Source of the DNA: Octopus sinensis
Taxonomy: Eukaryota
Direction of reading: 5' to 3'
Assembly (NCBI RefSeq): GCF_006345805.1
Contig: NW_021831861.1
Span: 1-64,000, forward strand
DNA length: 64,000 nucleotides
Position numbers and translations under genes: made by a program. Positions 1-14,753 of this stretch are shown piece by piece; the first letter of the stretch is position 1, and each line of letters starts with the position of its first letter. The notes under the pieces were generated by a model. It had not been told where the DNA came from. It made no database searches and worked only from the letters and a program-made list of their open reading frames with translations.

Positions 1-52
1 TGAATATACATATTAGGTGTGTGTGTGTGTGTGTGTGTGTGTGCAGATACAT

Positions 53-480
53 GTAGGAGTAGCTGTGTGGCAAGTAGCTTGCTTAACTACCACATGGTTC
101 CGGGTTCAGTCCCACTGCGTGGCATGGTACCTTGGGCAAGTGTCTTCTACTATAGCCTCGGGCCAACCAAATCCTTGTGAATGGATTTGGTAGGCGGAAA
201 CTGAAAGAAGCCCGTCGTATATATGTATATATATATATGTATATATGTATGTGTGTGTATATGTTTGTGTGTCTGTGTTTGTCCCCCCCCCCCGCCAACA
301 TCACTTGACAACCGATGCTGGTGTGTTTGCGTCCCCGTAACTTAGCGGTTCGGCAAAAGAGACCGATAGAGTAATTACTAGGCTTACATAGAATAAGTCC
401 TGGGGTCGATTTGCTCGATCGACTAAAGGCGGTGCTCCAGCATGGTCACAGTCAAATGACTGAAACAAGTAAAAGAGTAA
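53..480 (+). mobile_element. tRNA-derived SINE family A with a CORE-like segment and internal (TA)/(TG) microsatellite
   Basis: B-box-like gggttcagtccc, ccttgggcaagtg segment, 3' (gtaaaaga)n tail; many dispersed copies in the window. Confidence 0.8.
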
Positions 481-489
481 ATGCGTATA

Positions 490-522
<33 letters not shown>

Positions 523-726
523 CATCATTATTATTATTATTATTATTATATATTATTATTATTATTATTATTATTATAATTTATTATTATTAAAATCATA
601 ATTTAGGGTAACTAAGAGATACCACCACGCTTGAAATAGCAGCCAAAACTTGACTCTTGAGATACCATAAATTGTAATTGTAATAATAATTACTTTTGAA
701 GGTTTTTTTCCCTATGCTGACCACTT

Positions 727-771
727 GATAAGTCGCTATTTAAATAACGATCTTATCCTTATTTATATAAT

Positions 772-807
<36 letters not shown>

Positions 808-1023
808 ATATATATGACGCCCCCCCCCACTGGCTAGAGAGCAGGCCAATATATATATATATATATATCATATATATATATATATATATAGATATATATA
901 TGGCCTGCTCTCTTAGCCAGTGGGGGGGGGCGTCATATATATATATATATATAAAAAATATATATATATATATAAATTAATATAAATAAGGATAAGATCG
1001 TTATTTAAATAGCGAACTTATAT
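727..1023. repeat. Fold-back palindrome centred on (TA)n
   Basis: Unique segments 727-770 and 815-849 recur inverted at about 975-1023 and 901-935. Confidence 0.85.
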
Positions 1024-1364
1024 CTATATATATATATATTATTATATATATATAATATATTATATTATATATATATACATGTATGTATCTATGTATGTAT
1101 ATATGTATATATATTTAACAGCCTCTCTTTCACTTGAGAACATAGCTTAAATCCTGCATTATTTTGAGGGAATTTTTTCATTTTGCATTGATGCAGGCAT
1201 GTAGTTAATTTATTTATCAGTAAATATAAAAAATTGAATAATTTGCATGTTTTAAGTTACAAAACAATCTTGCGTGAAATTAGAATTTTCGCGAAGTTAA
1301 ATAAAATTTCATGAAAAATTCTCTGTCATCTGGACTTTCTGTATGTTCATACATTTTTTATTGA

Positions 1365-1430
<66 letters not shown>

Positions 1431-1490
1431 ATATATATATATTATATATGTATGTATGTATGTATGTAGTATGTAATATAATTTGTATAT

Positions 1491-1880
1491 AGGCGCAGGA
1501 GTGGCTGTGTGGTAAGTAGCTTGTTTACCAACCACATGGTTCCGGGTTCAGTCTCACTGCGTGGCACCTTGGGCAAGTGTCTTCTACAATAGGCTCGGGT
1601 CTACCAAAGCCTTGTGAGTGGATTTGGTAGACGGTAACTGAAAGAAGCCCGTCGTATATATGTATATATATATATGTGCGGTCGTGTGGTTTTGTGTGTC
1701 TGTGTTTGTTCCCCTAGCATTGCTTGACAACCAATGCTGGTGTGTTTATGTCCCCGTTACTTAGCGGTTCGGCAAAAGAGACCGATAGAATAAGTACTGG
1801 GGTGGAGTTGCTCGATTAAAGGCGGTGCTCCAGCATGGCCGCAGTCAAATGACCGAAACAAGTTAAAGAGTAAAAGAGAG
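1491..1880 (+). mobile_element. SINE family A copy
   Basis: Co-linear with 53-480. Confidence 0.8.
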
Positions 1881-2999
1881 AGATATAGTAGCTAAACTTC
1901 ATATAGTAAATCAGTGTCTTCAAGTAAGTCAGTATGAGAAGTACACGTAAGCCTGTGCTTACGCGTATTTATTGCAATACAACAGTATGTCAAAAGTCTT
2001 AGAGTACTTTTAGTAAATTATAAGATGTACGTCAAGGGAAGATCAAAGAGGCTAAATTGGCTTAGCAGGAACGATAAATCAAGTACCAGTTACGCACTAG
2101 GGTCGATGGAATCGACTTAATCCCTCTGTCTGTCCTTGTTTGTCCCCTCTGTGTTTAGCCTCTTCTGGGTAGTAAATAAATAAGAAACGTTAGCACGCCG
2201 GGCGAAATGCTTTGCGGTATTTCGTCTACCGCTACGTTCTGAGTTCAAATTCCGCCGAGGTCGACTTTGCCTTTCATCCTTTCGGGGTCGATAAATTAAG
2301 TACCAGTTACACACTGGGGTCGATATAATCGACTTAATCCGTTTGTCTGTTCTCCTCTATGTTTAGCCCCTTGTGGGCAATAAATAGGACACTGTATGAA
2401 ATCTCGCCTCCCCCTCTCCACGTCCCCGATGTCATCCAAAGGAAAGTCAAAGGCCGATACAGCTTGACACCAGTGATGTCGCAACTCTTTGCCATAGCCT
2501 CCTGAAACTGGACCAACGTGAAATAAAGAGTCTTGCACAAAAACACAACAGACATCCCTGTCCAGGAATCGAACTCACTACCTCATGACTGTAATCCCGT
2601 CGTTCTAACCACCGAGCCATGTACCCTTGAAAGATAAACGATAAAATAAGATAATTGTCAGTGATTGCCTGTATATATGAGTACGAATATTTATTATACT
2701 GTAGTTTTCATTTTGTAACTAGATAAACCTGACTTCTATTAAAATAGTTTCGCTTGTAAATAGCTTGTTCAGCAACAGTAAATAGCTACAGGACCTATAC
2801 GCTATCCAAATGTTTCACGTCAAAAATATATGACTATAAACTCGTTCTTTCGCATTGGTTTACGAAGTTGTATATTTTTTTTATATTATATTATCTTGTC
2901 TTGAAGTAAACTATAGAGAACCACCCAGCAGCAACATATGCCTGTAGCTACGTGTGTGTTTCTCGAGCTAGCGTGTGTCTGGTTTATATGAATTTGTGT

Positions 3000-3730
3000 A
3001 TATATGCACGCATTTATGCATGCATGTATGTATGTATGTATGTATGTACGCACACATGTATATATGTATGAATGTATGTATGTATGTATGTATGTATGTA
3101 TGTATGTATGTATGTATGCACGCATGTATGCATGTATATATCTAGGTATGTATGCAGGCATGTAGTCATGTATATATGTATGCATGCATGTATATATATG
3201 TATGTATATATGTATGTGTGTATATATGTATGTATACACGTATGTATCTATGTACGTTCGTATATATATGTTTGTATGCACGTTTGTATGTACGTATATA
3301 TGTGGTATGCGTGTGTGCGTGGATATGCGTGTGTATATGTGCGTATGTGTGCATGCATGTATGTTTACACGTGTGTCTATGTATGCATGTATGTATGTAT
3401 GTATGTATTATGTATGTATATATGTATGCATGCATGTATGTATGTATGTATGTATGTATGCATGTATGCATGCATGTATGTATGTATGTATGTATGTATG
3501 TATGTATGTATGTATGTGTATGTATGTATGTATGTATGTATGTATATATGTATGTATGTATGTGTGTGTGTGAATGTGTGTATCTAAATGTGTGTATGTA
3601 TGTGTGTATGTATGTATGTATGTATGTATGTATGTATGTATATATGTATGTATGTATGTGTGTGTGTGAATGTGTGTATCTAAATGTGTGTATGTATGTG
3701 TGTATGTATGTATGTATGTATGTATGTATG

Positions 3731-3761
<31 letters not shown>

Positions 3762-3989
3762 GCTACCAAAAACCACCCAGGAGCAACATATGACTGTACA
3801 TATGTAAGTGTCGATCATGTATACGTGTATATGTGTGTGTATAATGTGTGTATATATGTCTGATTATTTATGCGTATATATGTGTGCGTATGAGTGTGTG
3901 CGTGTACATTATATATATATATATATATATACATATATATTTATACATACAATATATATAAATATATATATATGCATATATATACATGC

Positions 3990-4033
<44 letters not shown>

Positions 4034-4076
4034 ATATATATATATATATATAAATATATATATATATTATATACAT

Positions 4077-4117
<41 letters not shown>

Positions 4118-4290
4118 CATGCACATATATATGCTCGTGTATGCGTGTGTATGTATGCCTGCATGGATATATCGATATATGTTTGCATATATGTATGCAT
4201 GCAAGTGTGTACACACACACACACATAAATATATATATTCACACACGTATGCACATATGAGTGTGTATATACATACATACATGTTGACAT
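3000..4290. repeat. Compound microsatellite (TATG)n/(TG)n/(TA)n
   Basis: Seen directly; source of the YVCM/HTYI pseudo-ORFs. Confidence 0.95.
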
Positions 4291-5474
4291 ACAGGCATAC
4301 AAATTCACATTATTTCTTTTTCCCCTTCCAACAAAGATTCTAAGCCTGTCAGTGCCTGAATTATCTTTTGCTTATACAAGATCCAAGCAGGTACGTCCTC
4401 TACTTGACCTCTGGTCCCCGTCAGAAGTAAACAATTTACAAACCTAAAACGAAACCAATCTTCCCGTAAAGAATTTTAAAGGCTCTGTATATAGTATCTT
4501 AGCTGTCTTCTTTACAATGTAAATATTTCTGTTCGCGAAGCACTGGGCTATTTTTGAAGTGGATTCAGTTTGAGTCAATTGAACTAGCATCAGTGTCTTC
4601 CTTTGCACTCTATAAATAGCTTCTAATTAATGCACAGGGCCAGCAATTTTGACTGGGTGGGGTTGGGTTGGGGTTGGGGAGGTGGAATTAGTTGATATCA
4701 TTGGCTTAGGTGTTTCGCTTGTACTTTATTTCATTGACGCCTAAAAAACTCAAGGGGTGAAAGGTTGGACTGGAAGGATTTCATCTCAGAATCTCAGAAT
4801 GCAAATATGAATAGGCACAGGGGTGGTTGTGTGGTAATAAGTTGGCTTCCAAACTACATGGTTCTGGGTTCAGTCCCATTTGTGGCACCTTGGGCAAGTG
4901 TCTTTTACTGTAGCCTCGAGCCCCAGCCGACTAATTAATGCACGGGGCCAGAAATTTTGACGGGGTTGGGTTGGGGTTGGGGAGGTGGAATTAGTTGATA
5001 TCATCGGCTTCGGTGTTTCGCTGGGACTTTATTTTATCGACGCCTAAAAAAACTCAAGGGGTGAAAGGTTGAAGAAAACTGGAAGGATTTCACCTCAGAA
5101 TGCAAAAAAAAAAAAGAAAAAAGGGCGGAACAAATATGAATAGGCACAGGGGTGGTTGTGCGGTAAGAAGTTGGCTTCCAAACTACATGGTTTCGGGTTC
5201 AGTCCCATTTCGTGGCACCTTGGACAAGTGTCTTCTACTGTAGCCTCGAGTCCCAGCCGACTAAAGCCTTGTGAGAGGATTTGATTGGCGGAAACTTAAA
5301 GACATGTTGTGTGTGTGTGTATGTATGTGTGTGTGTGTGTGATATGTGTGTATGTATTTAGAAAAAATCCCCCCCCAAAAAAACGAAGAACAAACAGAAG
5401 AAAAAACAACAATGCGAAGATGTGGTACATGTAAAAAAAAAATCAGTAAACGCTCAGGGAAGGAAAGAAAGGTA

Positions 5475-5509
5475 GTTTTACGTTTCGAGTTAAGTTCTTC
5501 GTCAGAAAC
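5475..5509 (-). ncRNA. Minimal type I hammerhead (HHR repeat family 1), stem II degraded
   Basis: Minus strand: gttt-CTGACGA-agaacttaactc-GAA-ACGT-A-aaac; element spans about 5375-5570. Confidence 0.6.
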
Positions 5510-5565
5510 AGGAGACAGAGGGAAGTCGAATAGATTAAGGAAGACGGAGGACAAATTCGCCATCG

Positions 5566-5602
<37 letters not shown>

Positions 5603-7274
5603 ACACACACACCACACAACACACACACACATATATATATATAACTGTATGTATGTCTTTATGTCTGCTTGTCCCTCTCTACCGTTTGGCAACTGGTGTT
5701 GATATGTTTATCTCACTGTAACCTAGCGGTTCGGCAAAACCGGACAATAAAATAAGTCCCAAGCTTTAAAAAAGTACTAGGGGCGGAGGCAATTCATTCG
5801 ACTGAAATTTTTACAAGGCGGTGCTCCAGCATGGCTGCAGTCTAATGACTGAAACAAGTAAAAGATGCAAGAGAAACACCGCAAGGCATTTTTTCCGAGA
5901 CAGTCTAATAAGTGTGCTAATCCATCGCCCAGAATGAAATGTTTGAAACGGACGGATACAAGAGTGAACATGGCAAGGTCATTAGAAGTGTGATGCTGAT
6001 TTTCATGAAATTGGAGTTACCGTATTTTAACATGTATAAGGAGCCCTCGTGTATAAAGAACCCTCTAATTTTGGGGGCTTAAAATTTGAAAAAGGTTTTC
6101 TAAGGGATTATAATATTATCCATGTATAAGAAGTATGTCTGGTGAAATTTTCATGTAGAAATTTTCTCCGAAACGATAACCTACGTTATGCTTGCCTATA
6201 ATTTCATCTGAGCCACTGCATGTATCAAATGTTTCATTCCTCTATTTTTGTAGATAGAAACAGCAATTTCTATTTAGCTACAAATGACCGGCTGTTGTCT
6301 ACTACTGAAGTGGTGATAACTATACAGCAAAACCGTGCCTAGTAGTTCATAGTATTCCTATGTCTCTTGGAGTCTATGTATTGCTTACACATTTTGTCTA
6401 TAAAAGACGTCATTCTCTGATACGATAGTCTGCAGCGAAGCGCCATTTTCATGTTCAAGTGTGCAGGAACGTGAGAAGAATTACTGCACAATTCAGCTAC
6501 AATAAGGGCTAATGAGGAAGCGTGGACTAGTCATTAAGATGTTGCTCGCAAGATTGTAGTTTCGATTCCCAGACCGGGTGGTGTGTTGCATCCCTAAGCG
6601 AAACACTTCACTTAACGTTGCACTGTGATCACTCGGTGTTCTTTTTAATGGCTTCGTCAGAGACATTTAGATTAATGTGTGAAATGTGTGAAGAAACCCC
6701 GACACATGAATCTTTCTCTCACTATAGACTGAACTCCGCTAAAGGCACTAAGAAAACAAAAAACAGGCGGTTCTTTTAAACTGAGCAATAGATTATGCCT
6801 AATGTCTAAGAACAAGTACAGACCATCCGATTAATTTCTGTGTAGTTTCAATCCAGTTGAAGAGATGAGATGATTATAGACAGATAAGATGAGTATAACT
6901 AGATACACGAGATAACTATGGTTAGATTGACGTATTGGTAGACGGGATGACTGCATCTAGAGCAGAGGTCGAGGAACATTTTAAACAGTCACTCCATAAT
7001 ATATTTATTTACGCCGACTACGCCGATTACCCTCTTGATTTGAAAGGAAGAAAATCACAGATTCTTTCAATTCAAAATGTTTATTGACTCTGTTTTATTG
7101 AATCTATTTATATGAACCTATTTACACGTTAATTACATGAGACAGAGGCAGCGTTGCCAGAAGAAAAAAATTCTATCGTAACAAGGATCAGGTTTTTTTT
7201 TTACATAATTTTATTTATGGCTAAAGAGTCCTCATTACCTCCAAGAATTTCATTTTTACCCCATTTTTTTTTTT

Positions 7275-7459
7275 TACTTGTTTCAGTCATTTGACTGTGG
7301 CCATGCTGGAACACCGCCTTTAATCGAGCAAATCGACCCCAGGACTTATTCTTTGGAAGCCTAGTACTTATTCTATCGGTCTCTTTTGCCGAACCGCTAA
7401 GTTACGGGGACGTAAACACACCACCATCGGTTTTCAAGCGATGTTTGGGGGAACAAACA

Positions 7460-7508
<49 letters not shown>

Positions 7509-7929
7509 ATATATATATATACATAGGCGGCGAGCTGGCAGAAACGTTAACACGCTGGGCGAAATGCGTAGCTGTATTTCGTCTGCCGTTACGTTCTGAG
7601 TTCAAATTCCACCGAGGTCGACTTTGCCTTTCATCCTTTCGGGGTCGATAAATTAAGTACCAGTTATGCACTGGGTCGACGTAATCCGTTTGTCTGTCCT
7701 TATTTGTCCCCTCTGTGTGTAGCCCCTTGTGGGTAGTAAAGAAATATATATATATATACATATATACGACGTGCTTCTTTCAGTTTCCGTCTACCAAATC
7801 CACTCACAAGGCTTTGGTCGGCCCGAGGCTATAGTAGAAGACACTTGCCCAAGGTGCCACGCAGTGGGATTGAACTCGGAACCATGTGGTTGGTAAGCAA
7901 GCTACTTACCACACAGCCACTCCTGCGCC
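7275..7929 (-). mobile_element. SINE family A copy, interrupted in its microsatellite by a family B SINE (7525-7746, +)
   Basis: Both halves of family A flank a complete family B monomer. Confidence 0.8.
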
Positions 7930-8994
7930 ATTTGGAGTAATTTACCCCGGTTCGCCGACCCCAGATACAAAGAGGTCTTGAGCAGCTAGGTAATGCATTC
8001 AATGACATAACAGACACGCTAGCGTATTAGATGTACTTCAATTTCAGCTGTACATATCCAAGGGAAAAAAATTTCTTAGTGCACTAAAGCATGTAATATT
8101 CAAAGCAATCTGGTAAAACGTTACAAAATATTACAAAAGTAAGTTAGCTAGAGCAAAAAAGCCATACTGTATATAAGAATAATAGGTTAGCAGCATAGAT
8201 GAACGAACATAAAACCAAGAAATCAAGATGGTGAAGATATCGTTACGGATCAGCCTAAACTGACAAACGTCGCTGGCACATTATAATGATAATCCTAAGT
8301 AATAATCGTTTCTACTTCAGGCACAAGGCCTGAAATTTGCGGGAGGGAACCAGTCAGTAACATCGACCCTAGTGCGTGAGTGGTGCATATTTTAACGACC
8401 CCGAAAGGATGAATGGTATTTGGATTCAGAACGTAAGAAAGGGTGATATGCCACGAAGCATGTTGCTCTGCCTGCTGACAAATCTGCCAGCTTGCCGCTT
8501 CTACAGTATATGTAATAAACCTTTCTACTGTAGGCAAAAGGTCTAAAATTTAGTGGAAGGGGGGGACATCGACCCCAGTTTTTCACTGTTACTTAATTCA
8601 TAGACCCTGAAAGGATGAAACTTTTCTACTGTAGGCAAAAGGTCTGAAATTTGGTGTGGGCGGGGGGAACTAGTCGATTACATCGACCCCAGTTTTTCAC
8701 TGGTATTTAATTTATAGACCCCGAAAGGATGAAAGGAAAAGTCAACCTCGGCGGAATTTGAACTCAGAACGTAAGGACGGGCGAAATGTCACTAAGCATA
8801 TTGCTCGGCGTGCTGACGATTCTGCCAACTCACCGCTTCTACAGTATATGTAATAAACCTTTCTACTGTAGGCAAAAGGTCTGAAATTTGGTGGGGGGGG
8901 GGCACATCGATCCTAGTTTTTCATTGGTACTTAATTTATAGACCCCGAAAGGATGAAAGGTAAAGTTGACCTCGGTGGAATTTGAACACAGTAC

Positions 8995-9056
<62 letters not shown>

Positions 9057-9566
9057 GATGTTCACATGATTGTTGTTATGGAGTTAAGCTAGGTAGAGGA
9101 GATCGTCTTGATTAAAATTATCATATAATAGTGAGCGTCATGAATAAAATTAGCCAGCTTCACATTTTAGGACCCGGGGTGATGTTTTAAGATAGTTTTT
9201 GGTTGATGTTAATTATCTGTAGGGACACCGTATTTTGCTTTACAACCATAATATTCTACAAAGTATATTAAACGCTTTAGGGATAACCTTAACAAGGAAG
9301 TTTTTAGTTAGGGAAGTGGGGCGGAGAATGTATATTTTATATGCCGTCAAATACGGTAGATAAGTTGATTAGAATCAGGACCAGATTAAGGTTTATAGAA
9401 GCCCTAAGCACTTAAAAGGTTTTCGTGCCCTCAAGTATATGTAAATAGTTCAAAATGTAAACAAAAATAAATGAAAATTTTAAAGGATAATAAACCATAA
9501 ATTAAATGTTTATTTTTCAAAATGAAACAAAATTCATAGTAAGATGGAAAATAAAGTATATTTTGT

Positions 9567-9986
9567 AGGCGTAGGAGTGGCTGTATGGTAAGTAGCTTGT
9601 TTACCAACCACTTGGTTTCGGGTTCAGTCCCACTTCGTGGCACCTTGGGCAAGTGCCTTCTACTATAGCCTCGGGCCGACCAAAACCTTGTGAGTGAATT
9701 TGGTAGACGGAAACTGAAAGAAGACCGTCGTATATATGTATGTATATATGTATGTGTGTATATGTTTGTGTGTCTGTGTTTGCCCACATCCTACATCACT
9801 TGACAATCGATGCTGGTGTGATTACGTCACCGTAACTTAGAGGTTCGGCAAAAGAGGCAGTAGAATAAGTACTAGGCTTACAAAGAATAAGTCCTGGGAT
9901 CGATTTGCTCGACTAAAAGCGGTGCTCCAGCATGGCCGCAGTCAAATGACTGAAACAAGTAAAAGAGTAAAAGAGAGTAAAAGAGT
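9567..9986 (+). mobile_element. SINE family A copy
   Basis: Full length, co-linear with 53-480. Confidence 0.8.
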
Positions 9987-10431
9987 ATGCTTCCATGTTT
10001 TTTTATATCTGAAAAGTTTTTTCCTTCGTTATTTATTTTTTTAATTGCAAAATCTTCAATGAATGATATCGTTAAAATTAATTTTACGTAAAATTTCTGC
10101 TTCTATACTTAGTAGAGATAAGGCATTACGAATATCATTTTGGCAAGTTTAAAGGGATTTCTTTCGTACCGTAAACCATTTTCATTTCTGTGGTACCCCC
10201 ATCCCTTGATGGCTTAATCAGGTGTTTATTTTGCTTAATGGGTTAATCCAGCGCTGATTAGAAGGATTATAATTAGACAGAAAGATAGGATGACCGTAGT
10301 TGTGATTGCTATAACGAGTTGAATGCTTCATTTGAGCGCCAATTCAGGTAAAACCAACTGAGACCTTTATCACAGACTCAGAAATATATATTCCAGTATC
10401 TGAAGTTGATGTTGCTGTTGTTGCTATTGTT

Positions 10432-10785
10432 GAGCGAACGGTCTTCGTCCCAGAGCTCGCAAGATGGGAGAAGTCCGAAAGGTGGTCCTTTGCTATTCGT
10501 AAGACCCGCAGAAGAGATAGCGGGTCAACCCCCGACACCGAGAGTATCGACGGATGGATGAATGCGTATCCAGGCTCAGCGGTTGCGTAGGAAGTCGGGG
10601 ACAAGAAACAGGAAGAAAGAGTGAGAGAAAGTTGGGGCGAAAGAGTACAACAGGGGTCGCCACCAGCCCCTGCCGGAGCCTCGTGGAGCTTTAGGTGTTT
10701 TCGCTCAATAAACACACACAACGCCCCGTCTGGGAATCGAAACCGCGATCCTCCGACCGCGAGTCCGCTGCCATTGTGCCTCCAC
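10432..10785 (-). mobile_element. SINE family C, tail type 2
   Basis: Same head and body as 51191-51577 up to ctttctctcactct..., then an unrelated 3' tail. Confidence 0.75.
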
Positions 10786-11768
10786 TGAAGTTGATGTAGT
10801 CAACCATGGCCACCCCTTTCTATAAATTAGTCTTTGCGTAACAACAAAAGGACTATCGATAAGCAAAATATGTAAAATACTAAAGCGAATCATATAAAAA
10901 TATTATTCTACCGTCTGTTGTTACCCCTGGGTAGTTCAAATAATACTGCGTTGTTCAACCTGTACTGGGGGTATTTTTCTTCTTTTCTAAACCCTCATCT
11001 GTCTTTAATTTTCGTTTCTATTTCACAAGGCCCTTAGCTACATGTTGTAAGACCTCCAAGAGTGCATATATCTCTACCACGAAGAATCTAAAGCAGGTCT
11101 TCCTCCCGTTCTTCCTCTCTCTCTCTCCCATCGTCTATACAAAGTCCACAAAATATATTTTTAGAATCAAGTAATTGAACTGAACATAACTTGTTAATAA
11201 GTTCTAATTTCGTTTTCCTTTGTTAATAAATCAGTCAGGTAATTAGGTATTTTCCACTCATTTCTGTTATCTATTTGGAAGACTTAAACAAATATTTTGA
11301 TACCAGACATTCAACTAAGAATCTTATGTTTCTCCAACACACCTATTTTTGAAACTCCGATAAAATACGGGTAGCGTAAACAACAGCTTGTCAGCCAACG
11401 TAGACCATTGTGCTTGTACGAGGTCGGTGTGGAGGGAAACGGAAGCTCAAAAGATAAATAGATTAACAAATAAAGGTACCGAATGTGGTTGGGTAAAAGT
11501 TAAATATACAGCCCACCGACAGCTTCGTCGCAGTTTCGATTTCTAGCAGGAAACAATTCACTCTGTTTACGTTATTCTTGTTTCAGTCATTTGACTGTGG
11601 CCATGCTGGAGCACCGCCATTAGTCGAGCAAGTCGACCCCAGGACTTATGCTTTGTAAGCCTAGTATTTATTCTATCGGTCTTTTTGCCGAGCCGCTAAG
11701 TTACGGGGACGTAAACACACCAGCATCTGTTGTCAAGCGATGTTAGGTGGACAAACATAGGTACACAA

Positions 11769-11809
<41 letters not shown>

Positions 11810-12724
11810 CGACGGGCTTCTTTCAGTTTCCGTCTACCAAATCCACTCAACTTAATCCCTTTGTCTGTCCTCGTTTGTCCCCTCTATGTTTAGCCCCTTG
11901 TGGGCAATAAAGGAATAAGAATCGTTAGCACGCCGGGCGAAATGCTTAGCCGTATTTCGGCCGTCGCTACGTTCTGAGTTCAAATTCCACCGAGGTCAAC
12001 TTTACTATTCATACTTTCGGACGTTGATAAAATAAGTACCAGTTGTACACTCGGGCTGATGTAATTGGCCATCTCACTTCCCTGAAATTGCTGGTCTTGG
12101 GCCAAAATGTGAAACCAGTATCTATAAATGCAGATACTCATTTCCATCTTCCAAAAATCAACAGTTGCTGTTTTTAAATTACACGATACAGACGTAGGCA
12201 TGGCTGTGTGGTTAAAGAGCTAGCTCTGCCACGACGTAGTTTTGAGTTCGATCCCACTGTGCGGCACCTGGGGCAAGTGTCGTCTACTATAGCTCCGGGT
12301 CGACTAATATTTTGTGAGTGAATTTGGTAGACGAAAACTGCAGAAGCCTTTCGTATATATATATGTGTGTGTGTGTGTGTACACATACATAAATAAATAA
12401 ATATATATATATATATATCAAAGAAGAAAAAGAAAACGGAGATTGGGAAGTTAATAACTGTTTATCATTAACAGCTAATTAATCATCAGTCCTTACAGCT
12501 GTTTCGAGAGATGATGATTAATTTGCTATTAATAATAAACAATTATTATCTTTCCAATCTCCATTTTCTTTTTTTCTTTTGTATTAATATAAATGATATG
12601 TTTTTATATATATTCCAATTATTCTAAGAAAATCAATTCCTCCCAAAATACTAGGTATTGAACCAGTATTTTCTTTGATGAAGCCATCCCTTCATGAGGT
12701 TAACACAGCCTCTAATCGAAGTAT

Positions 12725-12780
<56 letters not shown>

Positions 12781-14302
12781 GTGTGTCTGTGTGTGTGTGT
12801 GTTGACCTGCTGGCTTAGCCAGCGGGGTGGCGTCATTTGAAGGCTAAAACAATGCGAATCGTATTGTGACCAGCGATGTGTAGCAACATCTGATAGCCTG
12901 GTCGGTCACGGTGATCACGGTGATATATATATATATGTATGTATGTATATGTATAAATGTATGTATGTATATATGTACGTATGTGCTTGTATGTGAATGT
13001 GAGTGCGTGTGTGTATGTGTGATTGTGTTTGTGTTTGCTCCCCCGCCAATAACACTAGCATCAACGCTAGCGGTTCGGCAAAAGAGAATGATAAACACAT
13101 AAATACCAGACTTTAAAGAATATAAGTACCAGGTTTAATTTGTTCGTCTGAACCCTTCAAGGTGGTGCCCCAGCATGGTCACAGTCGAATGACCGAAAAA
13201 AAGTTTTTAAAAAAACCTAAAAAACGATAAAACATAGAAGAAAAAATCCCATTTGTGCAAAGATGGGGGGGGGGAAAGAGGTTAAAATTAATCTCGATGC
13301 AATTTGAATTGAATAAACTGAAAACATCTGATGATTCGGCTAAAATATCGACTCGATTTCTTAATCGAAAGAATCCATCAGACTGGCACTTGTTTTCGGT
13401 TTCTGTTATGTTAAGGGGCTGCGAGACATTGCTCCCTTTTAGAAAAAACGTTTGTCTATTAGCAAAGAAACTTCTCCCGGGGGAGAAATTTTCCTCGACT
13501 CTGACAGGCGATGAATCACTCACAAAAGCGTTGCAGCTGAGCCGCCACGAACTACTTACAGTAATATCTTATACAAGCTGAGATTGCTAGTTGTGATAAT
13601 CCCTCGGAGCCTAAACTGTGATGAATGAAACACTAAACAAATATACGGAGTTGTACAATTATTGGCATAAAATGAAATAATATTGTTCGTTAACTAATAG
13701 TCTTGTATTTCATCGCATGCATTTCGAAATAGCTTTTTAATGTTCGCTACATTAAATAAGCTGTCACTAACATACCTATTGTTTTACGTACAGGCGGCAG
13801 TTCTACATTATGTAATCCCCAAAGAATTCTAGAATTTTTTTCCTACGCCAATAAATGTACAATCTTGTTGATTTGCTTAGTTATTCATTCATCAGTACAT
13901 CAAAGTTGGGCGGGGTGTGAATATGCTTTGCTGAAGAGTTACGCATAACGATGAAATATGTCTTGAGTTATCTCCCATATTTGTCAGTAAATGAAAGATA
14001 GCTGTTATTGATTGACATTCTTTCCCCTCATCACGTTTATATCTACTTAACCTTTAGGGCCAAGAATGTTGAGTGGTTAAGAAGCTGGCATCGCAACCAC
14101 GTATTTTCTGGATCGGTTCCACCGCAACACTGATACGATCAACGGAATAGCTTGCTCGTGAAATTAATGTGCAAGTGGCTGAGTACTCCACGACCTTACA
14201 GTCGTGAGCCGAAAGCCCTAACCACTAAACCACACAACTTCACCATACATACATACAAAAATACATACATACATATTTTCATCCTTTCTTTTATCTTTCT
14301 TT

Positions 14303-14481
14303 TACTTGTTTCAGTCATTTGACTGCGGCCATGCTGGAGCACCGCCTTTAGTCGAACAAATCGACCCCAGGACTTATTCTTTGTAAGCTTAGTACTTATT
14401 CAATCATTTTCTTTTTGCCGAACCGATAAGTTACATGGACGTAAACACACCAGCATCGGTTGTCAAGTGATGTCGGGGGAA

Positions 14482-14520
<39 letters not shown>

Positions 14521-14697
14521 ATATATATATACACGACGGGATTCTTTTCAGTTTCCGTCTACCAAATCCACTCACAAGGCTTCGGTCGGCCCGAGGCTAT
14601 AGTAGGAGACACTTGCCCAAGGTGCTACGCAGTGGGACTGAACCCGGAACCATGTGGCTGGTAAGCAAGCTACTTACCACACAGCCACTCCTACGCA
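14303..14697 (-). mobile_element. SINE family A copy ending about 57 nt upstream of the CUB1 exon
   Basis: Reverse complement of family A. Confidence 0.8.
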
Positions 14698-14753
14698 TAT
14701 ATACATACATAGTTCTTGTATCTAATAATTATTTCTTTTCTCTTTTTTTCCAG

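Noticed and set aside
2886-4343. Long ORFs rich in YVCM/HTYI/IYIY (also about 16200-16800, 21000-23750, 39250-40230, 42100-43600, 48500-50270, 60930-61200)
   Set aside because: Translations of microsatellites and low-complexity tracts; no domain content or splice support.
4320-4396. Possible upstream exon ending at cag|GTACGT (4390)
   Set aside because: No frame gives the SPxYP/Cys pattern expected for the first part of CUB1; the true upstream exon is probably outside the window.
13322-13382. CTGATGA...GAAA near 13329, and CTGAAGA...GAAA near 13932
   Set aside because: Stems I and II cannot both form in hammerhead geometry.
13179-13581. Overlapping 108-114 aa non-repetitive ORFs
   Set aside because: No recognisable domain, no convincing splice sites, and they do not fit the CUB1 N-terminus expected upstream of 14754.
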